DNA of 64,000 nucleotides from Gemmatimonadaceae bacterium (GTDB lineage Bacteria; Gemmatimonadota; Gemmatimonadetes; Gemmatimonadales; Gemmatimonadaceae): NCBI GenBank assembly GCA_041690755.1, contig JBEPWA010000007.1, positions 21,923 to 85,922 of the forward strand, read 5' to 3'. Shown piece by piece: positions 59,964 to 64,000 of this stretch (position 1 is its first letter; each line of letters starts with the position of its first letter). The notes under the pieces were generated by a model. It saw only the letters and a program-made list of their open reading frames with translations, ran no database searches and was not told where the DNA came from. The position numbers and the translations under genes were made by a program.

Positions 59964-62522
59964 TTACGGCAGAGTGATGACCGTTCCGGTACCCATCGTG
60001 ACCGCGCCGTTTCGCGCCAAGGCGCGTCCGGTCATCGTCGCGTTGGTCACCAGCGTGATCGACGTCAGCGCCAGGATGTTGCCCTGGAAGTGCGAGGCCG
60101 TTCCGAGCGTGGCCGAGCTGCCGACCTGCCAGAACACGTTCTTCGCCTGGGCGCCATTGATCAGCACGACATCGCCGGCCGTCGTCAATCCGCTACCGAC
60201 CTGGAAGACGAAGGTCGCATTCGGATCGCCGTTGCCGTCGAGCGTCAGTACGCCGGTGAGGCCCATGGTGGTGGCGTTACAGTAGACGCCGGGCAGCTTC
60301 GTCGTTCCGCCGAGGTCGGTGGTGATGAAGTTGGCAGGCGGGCAGGCCAAGCCGGCCAGCGTGTTGTACGCAGCGGTGAGATCAAGTTGGTTCTGCGCTG
60401 CCGTGGGGTCGCCAAGGTGCTGCACGCCGGTAACGACGCACGGTCCGCTGATCGTGTTCCCCGGGCTGATGCTGACGTTGGCGTTGACCGTGGCCGGTCC
60501 GGCGCAGGAGACGGCCGTACCGGCCATGATCCCGTTCAGAGCCGCCGTTCCAAGGTTCACGACCGGTACGAACACCGAGCCTTCGATGACCGTCGCCTTG
60601 CCGCTGATCAAACCGCTCGTGGCCACAACCGCATTCGTGTACGTACCGGCTGTTGCACCCGCGGTGAACAGGCCCGTTGCCGCGTTGATGGTGCCGGCCG
60701 AAGGAACGGTGACGGCAACGGACCACACCGGCGTGACCGCCATGACGTTTCCGTTCGCGTCACGTCCGACAGCGGTGAACTGCTGCGTGTCTCCGGTGTT
60801 CATGTTCGCCGGATTCGGCGTGACAGTGATCGTGGTGAGCACCGGCGGCGTCGTTGTCACAGTGACGGTGGCGACACCCGAGACGGTACCGTTCGTTGCC
60901 TTGACGGTGCCGGTAAACGTGCCCGCCGTGTTGCCGGCGGTGAACACCCCGGTGCTGGCGTTGATCGTACCGCCGCCGTTGATCACGGACCACACGGGCG
61001 TAATCGAGACAGCGTTACCGTTGGCGTCGAGTGCCACTGCGGCGAACTGCTGCTGCGCATTGGCCAGCAGGATCGCCGGATTCGGCGCTACGGTAATCGT
61101 CGCAGCGACCGGGGGCGGCAAGGTCACGATCACGGTGGCGACGCCCGAGACGCTTCCGCTCGTTGCTTTGACGGTGCCGGTAAACGTGCCCGCCGCGGCG
61201 CCGGCTGTGAACACGCCGGTGCTGGCGTTGATCGTACCGCCGCCGTTGACCACGGACCACACAGGCGTGATCGAGACGGGGTTACCGTTTGCGTCAACCG
61301 CCGTTGCCGCGAACTGCTGCTGCCCGTTGGCGAGCACGGTCGCCGGATTCGGTGTAACAGTGATCGTCGCAGCGACAGGCGGAACTACAGGGGTGCTCAC
61401 AAACACCGTCGCCGTCCCAGAAATTCCTCCGCTCGTCGCCTGGACCGTATTGGTATACGTCCCGACCGCGCCGCCGGCCGTAAAGACACCGGAGCTGGCG
61501 TTGATCGTACCACCGCCATTGATGACGGACCACGTCGGTGTCACGGCTACGGCGTTTCCACCAGCATCGCGGCCAACCGCCGCGAACTGCTGCGTCGTGC
61601 CAACGAGGACTGAGGCCGGGTTCGGCGTCACGGTGATCGTCGCGAGAGCGCCGGCCACCACGGTAACGGTTGCGCGAGCGGTAAGCGCGCCGCTCGTCGC
61701 CCTGACGGTATTGCTGAAGGTGCCGATCGTTGCGCCGGCCGTGAACAAGCCGGCCGTGTTGATCGTGCCGCCCGCGGAATCCACTGACCACGCCGGAACG
61801 ACCACGACGGAGTTCCCGTTGGCGTCCTTACCGGTGGCGGTGAATTGCTGCACGGCGCCCACCGCAAGCGTGATGGGGTTCGGCGTTACGGCAAGGCTCA
61901 CGGCTGCCCCGGGTGTGACGACCACGGTCGCCGCTCCCTTGATGCCGCCGCTACTGGCCTGCACCGTGTTCGCAAAGGTGCCGGAGACGGTTCCGGCCGT
62001 GAACATACCAACGCTCGTGATTGCGCCACCGGCGCTCACCACGGACCACGTGGGCACAATCGCGACGAGGTTGCCCGAGGCGTCCTTGCCGACGGCGACG
62101 AACTGCTGCGCCGCGCCAATGGCCAACGTATCGGGACTGGGGGAGACGACGATCGTCGCCAACGGGCCCGGTGTGACGACAACTGTGGCGGACGCCGACT
62201 TGCCCCCGCTGCTGGCAACGACGGTATTGGCAAACGTGCCGATGACGGTTGACGCCGTGAACATGCCCGACGCGGTGATTGTGCCACCGCCGTTCGCGAC
62301 CGTCCAGACCGGAGTGATGGAAACCCGGGCACCGGAGAAGTCGGTACCCACGGCGGTGAACTGTTGCGTCGCGTTGACGCCTAACGTCTGCGGATTTGGC
62401 GATACGACGATCGCCGACAACGTGCCTGGATCGCTCACACCATGCACGTCGCATCCTGCCGTGAACACCCCGGCAAGAACGACAGCCGCGAAGAGGCGGG
62501 TGTTCCTGAAGATTGTCATCAA
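59964..62522 (-). CDS. Lipoprotein with seven tandem Big_2 Ig-like domains and a C-terminal DUF3494 (ice-binding-protein-like beta-solenoid) domain
   Basis: Signal/lipobox ..VFTAGC. Seven units of about 87 aa of type V(S/T)PNP..L..G..QQF.A.G.DA.GN.V...P.WSV..GGGTI...G.FTAG...GT..NTV.A.SG. The C-terminal 197 aa has LGTAA..G..AG, ..LPGVY.., FVFQVGS.L.T, NGAQAKNVFWQVGSSATLGT...F.GNILA..SIT, GRALARNGAVT. Confidence 0.8.
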   Translation of the reverse strand: MMTIFRNTRLFAAVVLAGVFTAGCDVHGVSDPGTLSAIVVSPNPQTLGVNATQQFTAVGTDFSGARVSITPVWTVANGGGTITASGMFTASTVIGTFANTVVASSGGKSASATVVVTPGPLATIVVSPSPDTLAIGAAQQFVAVGKDASGNLVAIVPTWSVVSAGGAITSVGMFTAGTVSGTFANTVQASSGGIKGAATVVVTPGAAVSLAVTPNPITLAVGAVQQFTATGKDANGNSVVVVPAWSVDSAGGTINTAGLFTAGATIGTFSNTVRATSGALTARATVTVVAGALATITVTPNPASVLVGTTQQFAAVGRDAGGNAVAVTPTWSVINGGGTINASSGVFTAGGAVGTYTNTVQATSGGISGTATVFVSTPVVPPVAATITVTPNPATVLANGQQQFAATAVDANGNPVSITPVWSVVNGGGTINASTGVFTAGAAAGTFTGTVKATSGSVSGVATVIVTLPPPVAATITVAPNPAILLANAQQQFAAVALDANGNAVSITPVWSVINGGGTINASTGVFTAGNTAGTFTGTVKATNGTVSGVATVTVTTTPPVLTTITVTPNPANMNTGDTQQFTAVGRDANGNVMAVTPVWSVAVTVPSAGTINAATGLFTAGATAGTYTNAVVATSGLISGKATVIEGSVFVPVVNLGTAALNGIMAGTAVSCAGPATVNANVSISPGNTISGPCVVTGVQHLGDPTAAQNQLDLTAAYNTLAGLACPPANFITTDLGGTTKLPGVYCNATTMGLTGVLTLDGNGDPNATFVFQVGSGLTTAGDVVLINGAQAKNVFWQVGSSATLGTASHFQGNILALTSITLVTNATMTGRALARNGAVTMGTGTVITLP
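60588..62420 (-). repeat. Coding tandem repeats (7 Big_2 units, about 258-270 bp each)
   Basis: Periodicity seen in the translated protein. Units 4-6 are the most similar to one another (TVTPNPA.(V/L)LAN.QQQFAA.A.DANGN.VSITPVWSV.NGGGTINASTGVFTAG). Confidence 0.8.
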
Positions 62523-62571
62523 ACGTCTCCTATTACAGATGCTTGTGAAACACGAATGGGCGCGGACGCGC

Positions 62572-63120
62572 CTACCGGCTAGCGAGCTTGAACGGCTGTG
62601 TGAGCGTGATGGTGATCGGCGTGCCCGCTGTCACGACCACGTTGCGATCCCCAGGTGCGCCGGTGACCGGCGCAAGGCTGTGTGGTACGGCTCCAACCCG
62701 GCCGCGCGGCTGGTAGGTACTGTCGTTGATGTGCAGCGAACTCATAGTGAGCGCGATCGATCCGTCGGCCGTGCCGGCGCCCTTTGCGGCGCTCAGCTGC
62801 GCAATGGCCAGCACGATGGATGCGCCGCCGGGAATCGCCACGCCGCCGCCGGCGTCGAGCACGTTGCGGCTAACGATCGCCATCACTTGTTGGCCAGCGA
62901 TGTTTGTTCCCGAGGCGAGTGGCTCCTGGATCGTTGCCTCAATGGCGGTGCCGGCGGCCACGGTTCGCGCAGCGGCCGTTGCCTGAATCACCGAGTCAGC
63001 GGTGGCGGCGGTGCGGGCCGCGACGGCCCCTGGGCTGTTGTCCGGCGTGCCGGCGCACGCGGCAAGGCCGAACAGCACAACGCCGAACGCAAGCGTTCCG
63101 GCGGTAAGCACTCTGTACAT
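62572..63120 (-). CDS. Hypothetical lipoprotein
   Basis: Lipobox LFGLAAC and good GC3. No family recognised. Confidence 0.55.
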   Translation of the reverse strand: MYRVLTAGTLAFGVVLFGLAACAGTPDNSPGAVAARTAATADSVIQATAAARTVAAGTAIEATIQEPLASGTNIAGQQVMAIVSRNVLDAGGGVAIPGGASIVLAIAQLSAAKGAGTADGSIALTMSSLHINDSTYQPRGRVGAVPHSLAPVTGAPGDRNVVVTAGTPITITLTQPFKLASR

Positions 63121-63370
63121 ACGTCCTCGGCGCGTTGGCCGCGAAGAGAGATGAAGCGCGGCTCAACACCGGCGTCGGCGTACGTACTCGGAGCCATTCC
63201 CGTCGCGACAATGCACGTCATGGCGGATGCCTTTGACGTTAGTGCACGCCATTTCTCCCACATATCGCCCGAATGGGTGAATGAGGACGTAGTGCTTTCG
63301 AGCGATCTGAAATGGACACCGACGCGTGGACCAACTCTTGAATGGCGGCGAACCGCCGATCGGAGACTGG

Positions 63371-64000
63371 CTAGTCGTCCTGATGGTGCGCGTAGGCGGC
63401 AATCTGCAGCCGCGTGCGCAGCGCGAGCTTGTCCATCACGTTACGCACGTGACTCTTCACAGTGTGCGTCGCGATGTTGAGCCGCTGCGCGATCTCCTTG
63501 TTGCTGAGACCGAGCGCGATGAGGCCAATCACTTCCTGCTCACGGACCGTCATGCGCACGGCTTCGAGTGCGGAGTCTCGTCCGCGCTCCACGGACACGC
63601 GCGCGATCTGAGAGAACAGCGTGCCCGTCATGCGCGGCGGCAGCACCCGCGCGCCGCCCGCCACAGAACGAATCGTTGACACGAAGTCTTCGAACGTGGC
63701 GTCCTTGAGGATGAACCCGGCCACGCCGGCATTCACGAACTGCGCAATCTCCTCGTGGGCCGGCAACAGATCCATCACGATGACATGCGAATCGGCCACC
63801 TCTTTGCGCATCGACTCGGCGAGCCGCAATGAGTTGGCGTCCTGCAGTCCGATGTCGAGGAGCACCACGTCCGGCTTGGTGTCGCGCAGCGTCGTGGTTT
63901 CCAGACTGGTGGCGGCGAACACCACTTCGACGTCCGGCAGATCGTTGAGCATGTCCGTCATGCCTTCCCGAACGAGCCGGTTGTCCTCGATGATCGCGAC
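63371..64000 (-). CDS. NarL/FixJ (LuxR-type) response regulator, 5' end outside the window
   Basis: C-terminal HTH REQEVIGLIALGLSNKEIAQRLNIATHTVKSHVRNVM.KL. REC motifs DVVLLDIGL.. are present. The reading frame continues upstream of the track's ATG (..VAIIEDNRLVREGM..) to the window edge. Confidence 0.85.
   Translation of the reverse strand, partial: VAIIEDNRLVREGMTDMLNDLPDVEVVFAATSLETTTLRDTKPDVVLLDIGLQDANSLRLAESMRKEVADSHVIVMDLLPAHEEIAQFVNAGVAGFILKDATFEDFVSTIRSVAGGARVLPPRMTGTLFSQIARVSVERGRDSALEAVRMTVREQEVIGLIALGLSNKEIAQRLNIATHTVKSHVRNVMDKLALRTRLQIAAYAHHQDD

Noticed and set aside
60319-63480. 1053-aa ORF on the plus strand (also 59922-61613 plus strand, 563 aa)
   Set aside because: It is antisense to the Big_2/DUF3494 lipoprotein, the lipoprotein at 62572-63120 and the intergenic DNA. 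Its translation is low-complexity, rich in Pro, Ala, Val and Thr, with no domain signature. It spans several independent minus-strand genes, which is a typical stop-codon-poor shadow ORF in high-GC DNA.
1-64000. tRNA, rRNA, riboswitch or integrase/prophage features
   Set aside because: I inspected the intergenic regions of at least 80 bp by eye and recognised no cloverleaf-compatible sequence, rRNA-like stretch, known riboswitch core or phage or integrase gene. This is a negative result from manual reading. tRNAscan-SE, Infernal and Rfam searches would be needed to be certain.

Overview
High-GC chromosomal segment (roughly 65-70% GC by eye). The gene content suggests a soil Gemmatimonadota- or Acidobacteriota-type bacterium: PadR plus 'orphan' ADOP/MacB-like permease pairs, a BTAD-TPR regulator, and many Big_2, RCC1 and HAF lipoproteins. 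This taxonomic call is inference only. I support about 55 protein-coding genes. I recognised no rRNA, tRNA, CRISPR array or prophage. Because of the GC content, most long ORFs in the six-frame track are antisense shadows of real genes. Many track ORFs also carry spurious N-terminal extensions, which I trimmed where an internal start fits an RBS or an ATGA overlap. Main content, left to right: (1) a light/B12-regulated carotenoid module (carH-like, crtI, cruF-like, crtB); (2) a lipoprotein trio (Big_2/RCC1, HAF repeats); (3) housekeeping and catabolic genes (PepX, acyl-CoA dehydrogenase, SthA, aminotransferase, PurU, PanE, SseA, AKR, M20 amidase); (4) a UvrD-type helicase with an embedded DEDDh exonuclease domain; (5) a B3 metallo-beta-lactamase; (6) two PadR/ADOP-permease pairs; (7) a synthase-type exopolysaccharide locus combining an NfrB-like GT2, WecB, a BcsB-like protein and an NfrA-like outer-membrane protein; (8) a stand-alone class II (anthrax EF/CyaA/ExoY-type) nucleotidyl cyclase homologue, which I consider the most unusual gene in the window; (9) a truncated haemoglobin, a hybrid PAS histidine kinase with a recently triplicated PAS module, a response regulator and an ICMT-like methyltransferase; (10) a seven-Big_2 plus DUF3494 (ice-binding-like) lipoprotein. 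Non-coding structure includes four copies of a palindromic REP/MITE-like element, a 157-bp imperfect hairpin, and identically positioned 19-bp palindromes in front of both padR genes. All homology statements come from motif recognition by eye and from memory. No database search was run.
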